Shown here: one piece after another, positions 1-13,596 of the stretch | How positions within the stretch are numbered: the stretch's first letter is position 1 | Layout of the letters: each line of letters begins with the position of its first letter | Assembly: GCF_022539665.2 (NCBI RefSeq) | Contig: NC_081333.1 | Span: 4,526,001-4,590,000, forward strand | DNA from: Daphnia carinata | Taxonomy: Eukaryota | Direction of reading: 5' to 3' | DNA length: 64,000 nucleotides | The notes under the pieces: model-generated | What the model was told of the DNA's origin: nothing | Seen by the model: only the letters and a program-made list of their open reading frames with translations | Databases searched by the model: none | Program-made: the position numbers and the translations under genes

Positions 1-1593
1 AGCCTTTCCACTTTTGTCGAAATCCGAAAAAAATTTGATGTCATGGAATTGGATGAAATTTGCCAGAAATAAATTGAACTGAGCGCTGAGTCCGAATATA
101 GCATTAATATTCCCCTTAGTATTGCAGTTTTTGAATAAAACGGAATCAAAGTGATTTTAGTTGTAGCTGTACATAAAAATTGTGCGTCCTTCAGGTCATA
201 TTTTCCTCTTTAGTTATGAAAAACAGCTGCTTGTGGAACTAAATTACAAAAATACAACGAATTTTAAAAACTTCCAGCTACGGATGATTTGGCTTGAGCT
301 TCACAAAATACCCCAAAGCGTTTACAAGTAGAAGCTCGCATATTTTATTTGTCTTTCATACGTAAATTTTGTTTAAATAGCTTTTTCGTCCTCGAACCAG
401 ATTGATGTTTCTAAACTTCGAACTAGACAGAAACCGAAAGCTCTCCCACTGTTCCGAAAAACTGGGACAAATTGGAATTAGTTTTGGAGCTACTTTGGCA
501 AGAAAAAAAAAACTAGAGCTGTTTTACATACACGATTTTCCTATTGCCATTTGGTATATGTTTTTTGTTTTTTTTTCATTTAACTATAATTATTATGCCT
601 AATACGGGCTCACTAGACTGCAAGTGATATTCGCCTAACCAGTTTACATTCACTGTACGTCACCCACATCAGCACTATCCATAGAAGTCACTCACCACTT
701 ACGAAAGAGAACAAGAACGGGCGTGGTCCGTAACACGATTCAATATTTGCGCACATTTTTCACTGACACGGACTACAATAAATATTGTTGATATGCATGG
801 ATGGATCACTCATAATTCAAACAATGCCCCTCTTTAGAAACTATTAATCTACTTTTCCAATGCAGCCAGTATGAGTCAGTGACTAAAAAAGTATACAAAT
901 AGAGACTATTCAACAAAAAAACGATATCTTGTTTCCATTCTAACGTTGGAATTTGAAACATTTCAACTTGCCATTTGGTGTCCCACAAAAATTCTTTTCT
1001 GACCCAGAAATTGCTCCCTCTTATTATTTTTCTCTTTAATCTGGATGGGTGGAACTCGTTTTTAAAAGCAAATGAGTAGTGGTAAAGCCGTTTAGAAATA
1101 ACGATGACGCTGCGCAGTGAAAGAAAGACATTCTTTAATCGACGATATGATGTGGGTCATTAAGAAACTGTATTGACCATTACGAGGCTTTCAAGGGTTT
1201 CCGCTCTTGGTACATAGACCGAAACCACAATTAAAAAAAAGATATCGTTTTACACACCGAAAAGATACAATCGTTTCTCATGGCTTCTTATGCAGCCTAA
1301 GCTCTTTACAATAGTAAATATTTGTTTGATCAATTGCACTTTCTTTTTAAACCTTTGCCTTTGAAAATGGGTTTACCGGGCTATTAAGAATAATATGTAC
1401 GTCCGAACTATAATGAATCGGACTAATAGCCGGCAATGATTTTATATTAATAAATACTGTAGTTTATATATTCGAATAGAGGTAAAATATATTATTAAAT
1501 AGAATTATGGCCAAAATGGTAAAAGTATAAAGAATCTTCATTGAGCATCGTTATTAAGTCGTACGAACGTCTTCGTGTGGCAAATGGAATAAT

Positions 1594-2818
1594 TTATGCA
1601 GAGTTTGGTTTCGACCTCATCTTTTTGAATGCCAAAAATACTGGTTTCGCTTCCTTTTTCTCGTGAACGAGCTGAACGCTGCTGACGGTTGGTCTCTGAG
1701 GTGGCAAAGTTTCTTTCTGAACGAGTTTGGCGTCGACTTTATCCTTGGATTCTTCTTTCTTAACTTCTTTTTCATCTTGTTTCTCATCTTCTTTCTTTCC
1801 TTCAGTTTTTTCATTGCCCTCTTCCTTTTCTTCTTCGTTCGATTCGTTTCCCTCCTCGTGCTCTTCACCTTCTTGCGATGCCTCTTCCTCACCTTTCTCC
1901 TCGGACGCACCCTCCTCTTCCGATGATTCCTCCGACGTTTCCGATGTACTTCCTAAACCATGGCTCTCTTCCGACGATTCCTCCGACGACGAATCATTGG
2001 AGCTTAACTTGGCCGCGTGATTCTCCAACGCAGGTATTTGAGTGGAAACAATGGCCGGCTTCGCCTTGAAATAGGTATTGGTGTACGACACTTTCTTCGC
2101 TGGTTTCACATCACCTTCGTTAACTGGCTCAGAGATTTTCACTGGACTAATTACCACCGACGATGTTGTTGTCGCAGCTGTTGTTACCTTGTTATAATTG
2201 CTTTCAACATATGCCTTCGGCTTATTCTTGAAAAACGTGTTGGCGTATAATCCGGTCTTCCCGTTTGCCGATGGATCAAGTTGGATATCGTTGCCAGCTG
2301 ACGGAGGAGTATATCTTATCACGGCCGGTGCTTCCGTTGGTTTTCCCGAAGACACTCCAGCAGATTTGGCTTTGAAGAAAGTGTTTTTCGCGTACGATGC
2401 TGCGATAGGAGCCTTTGATTCTGTGAAGGGCTGGTACGTCGTCGTCGGTAGCACAGCGAACGCTTTGTAAACAGGTACGATCGTTGTTGGCTTGTGCGTT
2501 GTCACTGATGGAACAGCCGGTTTATAGGTGACCGTTGGAACCGGTTTGTAGTCGGTGGTCGGTTTTACCGAGTAGGACGAAGTGGATTTCTTTCTGAAAA
2601 ATGTATTCGGGTATGTCGTCCGACTTTCGGGAGGTGCACAGGTGACCAACATAACGCTCAGTGCTATCCCCATAAACAGTAACTGTAAACGACGTACAAA
2701 AAAGAACAATTTTTTAAAAAATATCAATCCGTTGAGTTAATTATTAACAAAGTATAAAGTTAATCGATGTGGTATGGTGCGTACGTACCGTAAACACTAA
2801 GCTGAACGAACGACGCAT
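1594..2818 (-). CDS. g1: secreted T/P/K-rich protein with YxNTFFK repeats and Glu-rich tail (~372 aa); exons 2789-2818, 1594-2682
   Basis: Exon 1 MRRSFSLVFT|gtacgt, acceptor tttacag|LLFMGIALSVMLVTCA completes a signal peptide; phase-0 intron; TATAAAA near 2901-2907; SSSEESSEES motifs. Confidence 0.85.
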
Positions 2819-4686
2819 GTTGCCGACTGATTTTGAGCACAGTGATTGCAGCACGGTAACCGAAAAACGATTGATCTCATTCTGAACGCTTGCTCTTACT
2901 TTTTATAAGTCGCACTGCTTTCAGCCACTGCCTTTTTTTCTCTCTTCGGGTTTGTCACCTGTAAACTCGTTAGGCGGTTCACCTGGTTCTGATCGTCCTT
3001 GGGTTGCTGATCAACCTTCCTCTCTCCCTCGCACCTTATAGCGACATGCACACCTATGCTACACGGTGAGCTTTACCTTTCCAACAGAGAGCGCCAGCTT
3101 ATCTCACATCGAACGTAATTGTTTTTTTTTTCCTTTTGGCTTTGCCTCAAGGTAATGGGAACGAAAACTGAACACCCGTTTTCTATAGTGTGACTAGTGG
3201 GTGGGATATGCATTGGCGTGTAAGAAGAACGAAATAGACGATCGCTTTGTTGATGGGCTGACCTCACCCTTCCTTTAATAGGATTTTCGAATTTTTACAG
3301 CTTCTTGCCAAAACTGTGATGGCCGTTTGTTGAGTAATGAGTTAAATGTGGCGCCAGGTAAACTTTGAAACTAGGTCATGTTTTTATGTGCCTTCGCATT
3401 GATTGACAACGTTTTTAGTTTGACCACATAGCATAATCAGTTGAGTTGAACTTGCTATTATTATACGTACAAAAAAATCCTGAAAGATGTCAATTAAAAA
3501 AACAAACTGGAACGCTTGATTTCACTTTCAACCGCATGTTAAAAAATATTTAAATATTGCTCCCAATATTTCAACGATGTGCCTCTGCAGCGAAATAACC
3601 TCGTTCAAAATTTGCCAGATCAAACCGTGACCTCACCTTTGCGAACTTTCTCAAACTACTTTGGCAGGTAATACAATTTGAATTGACGACCCGAAGAACT
3701 AGGTTGTAACTTTTATCCACTCCAAATGTGCGGCCCTCAAAAGGTAAAATGTAACATTGGGATATAAATTCCAGTACACTTTATTCGCCGTCAGTTAGCT
3801 GAAAATGAGAAATGCGGTCATCCATTACGGCTGTCTCTTGCGCTTTACGACCAGCGCACGGATTTTATACTGTCCATAAATCAAATGCTTACTTTGACCG
3901 TACTGAAATGGCCAAACGTCACGAGGGTGGTGGTCATCGCGGTGACTATATTTGATCTTAAAGGCCGAACACGTAGACCACTTAGCCTTCAAACGGGGTT
4001 TTACTAACACGTCCTCCAAAAAACTGAACCCGTCGGACGTTGTGACGAACTCTATTTTATCATCAAAAAGATAAATGTCCAAAAAAAACAAAAAGAAACA
4101 GGTAAAAACTATGCGAAGTACTCCATCAAAGGTGGAGGGAAGAACCCTGACATACTATGAGATACCTGGCACCTTAGAGTTTTAGGGCGGAGGCGGAGAG
4201 AGACGGAAAAGAGAAAATGAAAAGTGCGGCGGCGGCGCCTATTTTTTCGACAGTCAGACGTATAGATCACGCGTGCTAGAAGAGGTACAAGGTCTTCTGC
4301 TTCGTGCCCAATTTGGCGAAAGAACAAACAAGCTGGGTTAAACGAGAAACTAACAGGCTTCTGTCGCAACTGCCCAGCATTTTCGTGATTTCGTCCTATG
4401 TTTGGAAGATAAAATCACAATTTTGAAGGCAATTGTTAATGATTTCGTCTAACAAAGGCTATAATTAGTCAATGTGTAATGTTCGTTGTACAAACAATGA
4501 CATGAAGAATGATAGAGGAAAAAAATACATGATATACAACCGGCCGAAAAATCTATAATTTACATAATGGAACGTCGTCACGTAATAATATTTAATAGAG
4601 GTCTACAATTTGCTGGAGGTTTCATCGAGGGCGTTAGGAACATGGCCGCACTTCGTCGGCAGGCACTAGTGGGCGTGTATAATGAA

Positions 4687-5603
4687 TTAATTCGATTCGT
4701 TCGACTCCTCGGCTGATTCTGAATCGAACCTCTTTGAATTTTTGACCGGCTGCCAGAAATATTCTCCAGCCAATTCTTCGGCCGCGTTGCGAAAGTAATC
4801 GTCGTCCATGTACTGTTTAACGAGGAACCAATCTTCGGATTCTGGGTGAATTAAGAATTCATTGTCACGAAGGTTGTGGAAATCCGTCGCGTCTAAACTA
4901 ACAGGCGATCGTTCGCGTTCCAGAGAAAGTTGATTGCCATCTTTCACTGGACGTAATTGAACTTCTAAACTATCGTCTTCGTCGTCGCGTTCGTTAGAAT
5001 GTCTTAAACGGACAACGTTCAATTGTGTGTCCTTGTTCGAGGCGCGGCCGTCAGCCACTTGATTAACGGGAAATGCAACACGATCGCCAAGTTCAGAGGA
5101 AATGTCATCAAGGCCACCGAACGGCCTGTCAATGGATTTCCTGCTGTCGACTGCCGGTGATTGAACGACGGCTGGTTTCTGGGTAGTCGCCAAAAAGCTG
5201 TCGATTTGCGAGCTTAAAATCACGTTGGAGAATCCCTTTTGTTCAACAGTTTGCCGGAAAAAGGGTCCGTCGATTATCTTTTTGGCGTTGTCTTGCTCCG
5301 TTAAACGATCGCCCACTTCTGAAAACGAATCACCATCACGAGTGATATCGCTGTTTTGAGAGGCTGGCTCCTGGGCACGTTCCACGTTATCTGTTAGGCC
5401 ATCGTGAGAGTTACGATCATCCAAATTGGCGATGAAAGAAACATTCCGTCCGAGATTAAAAGCCTGTGATTTTTTGAATTGCACCACCAACACTGCCGCT
5501 CCGACAAACTTGCATCCATCAAATAAGAAAATGCAATTACAACTTAAAGCTCTGTTTTCTTTAAAATTCAATACTTTACCGTGAGATAGTGTGTGAGGTG
5601 CAT
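4687..5603 (-). CDS. g2: secreted S-x-E-rich protein, module A (~281 aa); exons 5580-5603, 4687-5508
   Basis: Exon 1 MHLTHYLT|gtaaag; acceptor gcaag|FVGAAVLVVQFKKSQA; C-terminal HPESEDWFLVKQYMDDDYF...EYFWQPVK. Confidence 0.85.
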
Positions 5604-5715
5604 GACGATTGCAAGGCACTAGTCGCTTCTATGATTTGTGTGTGAATACGTGAATATGTGCGAGCAGCTCCGTCTATTTATGCGAATGGCTTTGTCCTAG
5701 GCTGTGATTATCAAA

Positions 5716-5744
5716 GGCCTTGGAGGTGGACGTCTGCAAGGCTA
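5716..5744. promoter_or_regulatory. Paired CCTTG...CAAGG (FTZ-F1/NR5A-like) sites upstream of g2
   Basis: ggccttgg...gcaaggcta just upstream of the TATA-like box; same arrangement at most cluster promoters. Confidence 0.55.
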
Positions 5745-6638
5745 TCAATTGCCTTCGCTAGCGGCTCAGGTATTTTTTGCTTTTTTTTCCGTACAAGAAA
5801 TGCACCATGAAGATGACCTATAAGTGTGCAACTGGTTTTTGTATTCTCGTTTTTTTCTTACGCGTCATTATCTCATGAATATTAACTCCGCACTTCTCGC
5901 AAGTGAAAGTGGTGCTAAACGTCACTGACCTTTCCTTTCATTTTTCTTTTATTTTTTTTTAACTTTACCTGCGGGAAGAAGATGGAGTCACCCGCTTTAC
6001 GTGTTGTTCTCACTATCGAAATAGAAAGGATGAGTACGCAAAAGTTCGCTCCAGGTAAGAAAAAAATCGATCAAAAAACGGCGGTAGCCAAACTTTCACC
6101 CGAGGCGCCTGCATTTTAAGTGAAGATTGCGCCGGTATAAGTGACGGTTGCAGCACTTTCACTCTTAAGCGAGGAATGTCGGATACACCTGTCGTGCCGA
6201 TCGTTCTCGATTAACTTCACGGAGCGTTAACCACTTCGATCGATTGGCCGTCAAATACTTCGTTCAAGATCGTGTCTGCTTACAGACATGAAGTTTTGGA
6301 ATTTAAAAAAAAATCGAGGACATGTAGCCACTGTTGAAACAGTGGAAAGGCACATGGAAACCAGTCGACCTCGCCCCGTATAGCGTGAACGCCATCTCAT
6401 TCAATGGTCGACAATCCGGTATAGAATCAGTGTGAAAATATTGCTCATTGTCTTTAAGAAAACAAAGAGAGAAACGATCAGAAATAAATAGAACCCTTGG
6501 TTTATTACAACATCATACAGCCGAATTCAAATATTTAAAATTAAAACGAAACCAATTATATTAATTATTCGTGTGGAAAGCTAGTGGTCAAATCACTGGC
6601 GTCACAGGAGGGGGGGGGGAGATCACGCTCATATCATT

Positions 6639-9023
6639 CTAGGCTGTTTTATCATCAGCCACGTCCGTCTTCTTGTTCGTATCTTTCACGGGTTCCCAAA
6701 AATATTCTCTGGCTAAATCACCTTCCAATTCCTCCGAAGAATGATCGTGATTCATGTACTGCTTGACGAGGAACCAATCATCGGACTCTTGAACTGGATC
6801 TTCTTTCAAATCCGCCTCGTCTAAATGAACGGGTGTCAAATTCATTTCCAATGAATAGTCATCGTCGTAATCTTGGGCTTGTTTTCGGTTGTTCACGCTG
6901 CGCACCGACGGGGCTCGGTTGGTGTCCGGCTGTAAAAAGAAATCGGTTGCCAGGAGACGGAAGTTATCGGCATTGCCGAGTTGATCTTCCAGAAAGAAAG
7001 TGTTGTCGTCATCGAAATCATCGTCACGGTTATCCTCCCGCGAGAAGTCGTCGTCCAATCGCAGGACAAATTGCTGGCCTTGATTGCCCGTCGCCTGAAC
7101 AGGATTGACTGCGGCGGGTTGCGCAACCCGTTGGGCAGGCGCGGCCTGTTGATTTCGAACGGGATTAATCAGTTCCAGTTCCACGGAGTCATCGTCGAAG
7201 TCCTGTGAAAGAACCGGTCTGCTGGCTACATTTATCGTTTGAATTTGACCGTTATTGTTGGTGTTAACCGGCAAGAAAACATTCCTATCTCTGATTTCAA
7301 TGGAATCGTCATCTAAATCAATCGTTTGTCTGAAAACTACGTTTCGGAAAGCGATCGGTACAGGCAAGCGATTGGGTAGGCCCACGGTGGGCGCAACTCG
7401 ATTCACAGTTTGGGTTGCTACAATTTGTGGGGCATTCTGAGTCAGGACAATTCGGTTCACTGCTTGAGTTGGAATAACTCGGTTAACCGTTTGAGTCGGG
7501 GCAATTGGAGCAGCAGCTTGAGCCGGAGTCGCTCTGTTAACTGTTTGAACGGGAGCGATTCGATTGGCCGTTTGGACTTGGGCGTTTTGGCTAAGGGCTT
7601 GAGTTGGAATTACCCTGTTAACTGTTTGAATGGGAACATTTCGATTTACCGTTTGGGCGGGGACATTTTGGCTAATCGCTTGAGTTGGAGTTACCCTGTT
7701 AACGGTTTGAATGGGAACATTTCGATTAACCGTTTGGACGGGGACATTTTGGCTAACTGCCTGAATCGGTATAACTCGGTTAACTGTTTGGGCAGGGACG
7801 ATTCGGCTAATGGGAGCGGGAGTAGCAGCGACGCGGTTGATGTTGGCGTTCAATGGCCTTGTGTTTTGATTTATGAAACCCGTGGGTATTTGTAATCGGT
7901 TTGCAGCAGTTGCCGTTTGGGTTGGAGGAGTCGGCGTGATCGGTGTGGCGAAAAAGGCCAAGCTGGATCGTATAACTTCGTCGGAGAAATCATCGCGTTC
8001 GGCCGAATTGGTGAAAACTAGGTCGACGTTAGTTACGGCTGTCGTAGGCGTTCGAGTCACGACCGCAGCTGGTGATTGCAATTGAGGAGTGGCAGTCACG
8101 ACGACTCGGCGGACATTTTGAATGAGTTGAGCTCCGTTGTTCGTTGTCTGGATCGGGCGGATGGCCTGTTGCAGTTGTCCGTTTTGATTGACGCTGAACA
8201 CTTCCAAAGAGACGTCGTCCCGTTCATCAGATTGCCTGAAAATGTTTGGTCTTCTAGCATTGACCACGCGATTAACAGTGGCCGTTTGGGTTGAAATAGT
8301 TGCTGGCTGAGCGGGTGCGATGAAACGGTCCGTTATTTCAATGGAATCATCATCGAAATCGATTGTTTGCCTCAGAATTGGATTCCTGAAGCCGATCGGT
8401 ACTGGAAGTCGATCGGGTAGACCCGTCGTTCTGACCGGAGCAATTTGCTGGACTGGCGTAGCAACAACTCCAGTTCTGATGGTCTCCCTCGAATCGTCAT
8501 CATCAAACTGCCTGATTGGCAAATTTCTTAAGCTGATGGGCACTGGCAGTCGATCGGGGAGCGATGGCACTCGCGTTGGTGTAACCCGCGTGATTTGTGG
8601 AGTTACCAAAATGGATCGCGTCGGTTGGAACGTTTGAGTTGGTGCATTTTGCTGGAAAAAGCGGCGATCGTCAATTTCGAACGAGACGTTGTCGAATTCA
8701 TCAGAGTTCCTTGAAAACTGGGCACTTCTCTTCACGATGTTGTCTTGCTCTTCAGAAGAAGAGTCTCGAGCATCTTCAGATTCATCAGAATCTTCCGTTG
8801 TAGTCTGATTGAGTGCCTTCTCCACGTTTTCTACGGACTCACGACGAGCGTCGCCACTGGCGGTGCGGTCGAGAGCGAAAGACTCGACACCTTTCAAATG
8901 CGCCACGAGCAACGCAGCTCCTATGAGCTATTTATTTTAAAGAAAATAATACAACATTATTAAACGGGAAATGTTATTTTGAAATGTTTGATTGTTTACC
9001 GTAAGGTAAGTTGGGAGATGCAT
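6639..9023 (-). CDS. g3: secreted Q/T/V/N/R/P-rich repetitive protein, module A (~770 aa); exons 9000-9023, 6639-8927
   Basis: Exon 1 MHLPTYLT|gtaaac; acceptor aaatag|LIGAALLVAHLKGVES; QTVNR repeats, DDDSIE motifs, ESDDWFLVKQYM...EYFWEPVK. Confidence 0.9.
7380..7830 (-). repeat. Intragenic tandem repeat of ~27 nt (9-aa QTVNRVIP / QAVSQNVP units) in g3
   Basis: Recurrent gttaac(c/t)gtttg on the plus strand; protein (A/V/I/T)QTVNR(V/N)(I/V/T)P repeated about a dozen times. Confidence 0.85.
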
Positions 9024-9149
9024 GAGGAATCGTCTTGAGTACTAGTCGCTTCAATTATTGCAGTGAGAATAATGCCAGTTTTGGTGAGCGCTCGTCTATT
9101 TATTCGTTTCCTCTCCAGCGTAACGAAAATGCCACAGATTATTAGCGAA

Positions 9150-9173
9150 GGCCTTGCGCTCTATGCAAGGTCA
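9150..9173. promoter_or_regulatory. Paired FTZ-F1-like sites upstream of g3
   Basis: ggccttgcgctctatgcaaggtca, includes CAAGGTCA. Confidence 0.6.
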
Positions 9174-10303
9174 TTGATTGCACCGCTTACGGCTGTACAT
9201 TGGACGCGTGATGAAGGCGCTCACAGCAAAGAGCACCTTGGTTTTTATTTTGACTCGTGCAACACCATTTAGAAGGGCCTTTTTTTCTTCTTGGTTATCA
9301 ATCAACTATCTATTGTTTCTAAACTGATTCAAATGATGAAATGTTCACCTGCTCCATACACATGTAAAACCATTCCCGATATATTCCCAAGGGGCGTTGT
9401 GCAAATGTTCATCGGGAGTGAGAGTCAAAAACTTATGAAATTCAAATCGATATCGAAACAGTGGGAATAATCACATTAGAAGACAAAATAATTCACAAAC
9501 AAACAGACGGCCATCGGATATTGAGATTGAGGACAACCCGGATTCCAGCTGTGCAAGTCGAAAGGGAAATCAAAACAAGTCGACCTCGTCCTCTATGGAA
9601 ATGAGCCATCTTAAGCGTAAGGTAACAAAAAAAGAACAATCCTCTGCCTCGCACTAAAATTTACATTAAGCGCACGAAGCATTCCTTTAAATAAAGAGAA
9701 ATAAGAAATGAAATCTCAGTTCATGATACTAGACTGGATCGACTGTTATCATTCGTTACTATATTAGGTTAGTATATATAAATGAAGCATTTTGTATAAC
9801 ACAAGTACATCATTTCACTTTCGTTTGTCGCAAAGTGGGCACACGAAAAAAAAAAAGAGGTAGACCTTCTGTGCCAGAAAGCCTTGATTTTCCTGCGGAA
9901 GCGACTTGCCCTACAAAATGCCAAGGTCTCCCACATCCTCACCCATCCCCCGGAGTTCAGGATCATTTACAATTACGTTAAAAAAAAAGTGGCGATGAAA
10001 AAAAAGAAATGGCAGCTATTGTTACGAATAATTCCACCACACTCTCCCCTCCCCCCCTCCCGCACAAAAAGAAATGGATCATTAGTTTAACTCGTATCTC
10101 GAATGCCCTATTTGACTAGCATCACATGACAAGAAACATTTTGTTGTATTTCACTTGATATATTATTGCTGTACAGACAAGCGAATAAATACGTTTGTAC
10201 ATAATCAAATTCACGGTCACGTAGTGTGATGATTGGTTCGGACGGGAGGACGCCCAACACTCCACACGATGCAGTCTAATAAATAGATGACAGCTAATTG
10301 TAT

Positions 10304-10938
10304 TCACCTTGTCTGCTGACTCAAAATCAAACCACTTAATATCCGTTGCAAGAAAAATTCTCTCGTGGACGCGTCCAATTCTCCAAACAAATAATCGTCC
10401 ATGACGAAGTCCTTAACAAGCAGCCAATGTTCTGGCTGAATGAATCCATCCGTTGGAAGACGACCGAGCGCGTGATTCGGTCGTCCGTTATTAGGTTCCA
10501 ATGAGTCAACGACATTATTGTCTTGCTCGATGATTAACATGGTGTTGGCTGGGTTTTGAATATCCTGTTTGGTGACTTGAATGCTGATGATTGCCTCCAC
10601 TTCGGAAGGAATGAAGTCATCACGTAATGGAAACTGGCGGATTCCATCTCGGGCAAGGCTCTTTGCCTTGTCATCGTATCCGGCAGGTCGATGGCTTTCA
10701 GCCAATAATGGACGATCAACACCTTTGCCCATTTTGATGTGACGAGATTCATGAACAGTCGATCTGCTCCGACTGACAGGGAAACTCTCTGTCCCTCTTA
10801 ATATTGTCACAAGAATCGTAGCTGCAAAAATCTAATTTTTAGAAATAAAAAAGAAAACAAGTTTAAAGTGAAGGCAGTAGGCAGTTTTGCTTATCCAGGT
10901 TTGTTATGGCTTACCATTGTATTTAACACGCTAGTCAT
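10304..10938 (-). CDS. g4: short secreted protein with divergent module A (~183 aa); exons 10915-10938, 10304-10831
   Basis: Exon 1 MTSVLNTM|gtaagc; acceptor aattag|IFAATILVTILRGTES; EHWLLVKDFVMDDYLF...REFFLQ. Confidence 0.8.
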
Positions 10939-12299
10939 GGCGGCGTTTATTGCACTAGTCGTTTCATCTATGGTTGTGGAAATAATGAGTCCTTTCTAGC
11001 GAAACTGGCCGAGTTTTATTCCGTCCGCGAGAGGCTAAATAGCGTGCTTAGTGTTTTTGATAGTATCAGTATTACCATAAGGCCTTGCAGTGTCTACCTT
11101 GTCTAATTCGTAGTGGCAAGGCTAATACGCAATGGTCCTTTTTTGGCACCGGTTTATGGTCTGAGAATGTGAACCAAAAATGATGACCTAGGTGCGTTTA
11201 AGATGAAGTGGGAAACTCGTTTGTTTCCCTTTGTCCGGAACAAAACATAAAAAACAAATGATTAAATTTATTTCGTGCTAAAAAAAAATTGAAATCCTTC
11301 CGTACAGGAACATACGTAACAGCTCGTGGACGGTACATGTGATTTGATAAGACCGCCGTACTTTACGAGATTTCGCGACACATCCTCCTTAGCAGTTGAA
11401 GTTTAGCAGTTGAAATTTCAATGAGTAAGTGAAGGATTGTGGATGCTATCCGAAGAAATTGGCATCCTCTCATGCAATCCAATGTAAGGCAATCATACAA
11501 GAACGGCAGTTTGGAAGAACTATAATTGATTTTAATTGAGGGCACAGCCTAAGCAAAAGGAAGTGGAACGACTTTAACCTTGGCGGAATGTTGTCGACTA
11601 TCCGTAAACAACCTCGGTTTAGAGTAACATGGAGTAGGTTATAACGGGCGGGAATAATCTACAGTGTTTTGGCCTGGTTGAGGCTTACGACGCAGACGTG
11701 GAACAAGTGATACACTGACCTCCTTTTCCGGGAATTTCAATCCCAAGGAAAAAGAAATAAAAAGTTTCTTCAATGCCTTTATATTCACAATTTGTTGGAT
11801 TGCAGACATTTCGTAGACTGTTATTACCACGCACAAGGTAAACACAAGAAAGAAAGACAACAAAAATGTGGCTATCTTTGGAATGGCACCACAGATCTCA
11901 AGGCCAGAGATGGATAGGTAGAAAAGATCGTGACCCGTTTCGCAGCAGATTATCTAACTGGTTATCATCACGTAAAAGAAAACGACTCACATTCGACTTT
12001 GAAATGCCCAAAGGTAAGATCCAGCTTTACCCGTTTCCCACGACAGATAACAGATACATAGATTGTAAACTTTTCTTTTTTTATTTAACAAATAAATATT
12101 TTTTAAAAACGTGTCAACTAAGTCAACTATATTTGTACAGATATATGAACACAACAAGTATATGGGGAGGGGGTAAAATAGTTGGCAGACCGCATCTTCT
12201 AATTAAGTCTTTACATACAAGTTGAGGCTTCCGGTGTTAAACTGTTCGTTAGAAGCGCGTAGAGTCTTTAAAAGGAAATGTATGTAAATTGTTCGAGTC

Positions 12300-12921
12300 T
12301 CAAATATTCACATACGACCTTCCAGGAGACCCGAAATTCAAGCCATCCGTATCGCCTTTCACTGGTTGCCACGAATGCTCTTTGCCCATTTCACGTCCCA
12401 TTTCACGAAAGTAGTAATCGTGGATGTGCTGCTTCACGTGGAACCAGCCGTTCGATTTCGCTGGTTTGATCATCCCAGTCACTGGTCGATAATGGAAATC
12501 GCTTATCGCTGGTTGTATGGCATCCAAATCGAAGAAAGGGACGTCATCTTCCGATGAATAATCGTCGAAATTCTGCTGCGAAAGCAACAATGTGCTGCTA
12601 CCTGTCTGCGACTGGGCATTCCGACGAACTGAAACTTTCTTTCCAAAGTCCTGCGTAACAACATCATCTTCAGCTGAGCTTTGCTTTGTGGCCAACTCGG
12701 CACTTTCATCGTCTACAAGCAACGCCCGTGAATCACGTCGATCGTTGTTTCCCGCGGCACTACCGGAAGTACTGTGACCGACCGGATAAGAATCGACAGC
12801 TAATAACACGCCAACAAGCTATAATTCGCGAACAATAAAAATCAAATACAATTAAAGGGAAAAGATTGTGAAATACGTTTTCGATTGTGAGGCATACCAT
12901 GAAATAACCCAATGGATGCAT
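12300..12921 (-). CDS. g5: short secreted protein with module A (~180 aa); exons 12898-12921, 12300-12818
   Basis: Exon 1 MHPLGYFM|gtatgc; acceptor ttatag|LVGVLLAVDS; SNGWFHVKQHIHDYYFREMGREMGKEHSWQPVK. Confidence 0.8.
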
Positions 12922-13596
12922 GGCGATCAGGTTTTATAGTCCACTAGTTACTACAACTACGGTTGCTAGAAGAATAACTGTAATCACGTAGAGCATTTTG
13001 CTTATATTTATACGTTTCGTTGTTCTAACCAACGTCAAGGACATTTTCATGCTGACAAGGTTATTTATCAAAGTCTTGCGTACACACGATGGCGTAACAA
13101 TTCCGAGGAAGACGACCTAGGTAGAAAGGAAAACGTAAACGAGTTCTATAGTTGATTACGCAAAAAACGTCACGAATTGAAAAGTGCTGGATAATGGATC
13201 ACCTTTAAAAAGTGCCGACAGCAGGTAGCTGATTGAAAAATTTCAATCAGTTGCTTACAGATGTTAAAGGTAAACTGAACTGAAGTGGCAAAACTGGTCG
13301 ACCTCGATAACCGGCCAAAACGTGTACCAACTAAATTGGTTTTGCAATGAAGTTGTAAACTGTCGCAAGTTTCATAAAAATGAATTAGCGGGAAACGCCA
13401 CTCCTTTTCGCAATTTCATGTTTACTTTTAATTGAAAAACAAATTAAAAGATTGAACACAAGGGAACTGTATTGACAGAGGAAGTAAAAAGTATACAGTC
13501 ATAAAGAAGACCTGATTATTTACAGTACAATCCTACGCATGCGAGAACTTGCTACAAGAAAAAAAAAAGAATAAACAAAATTGCAAGGCTGTCAGC

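Noticed and set aside
1..540. Possible remnant of a non-autonomous DNA element
   Set aside because: No terminal repeats or second copy visible in the window; needs a repeat library search.
7380..7830. Regularly spaced short repeats resembling a CRISPR array
   Set aside because: In-frame coding repeats of a eukaryotic exon; no unique spacers and no cas genes.
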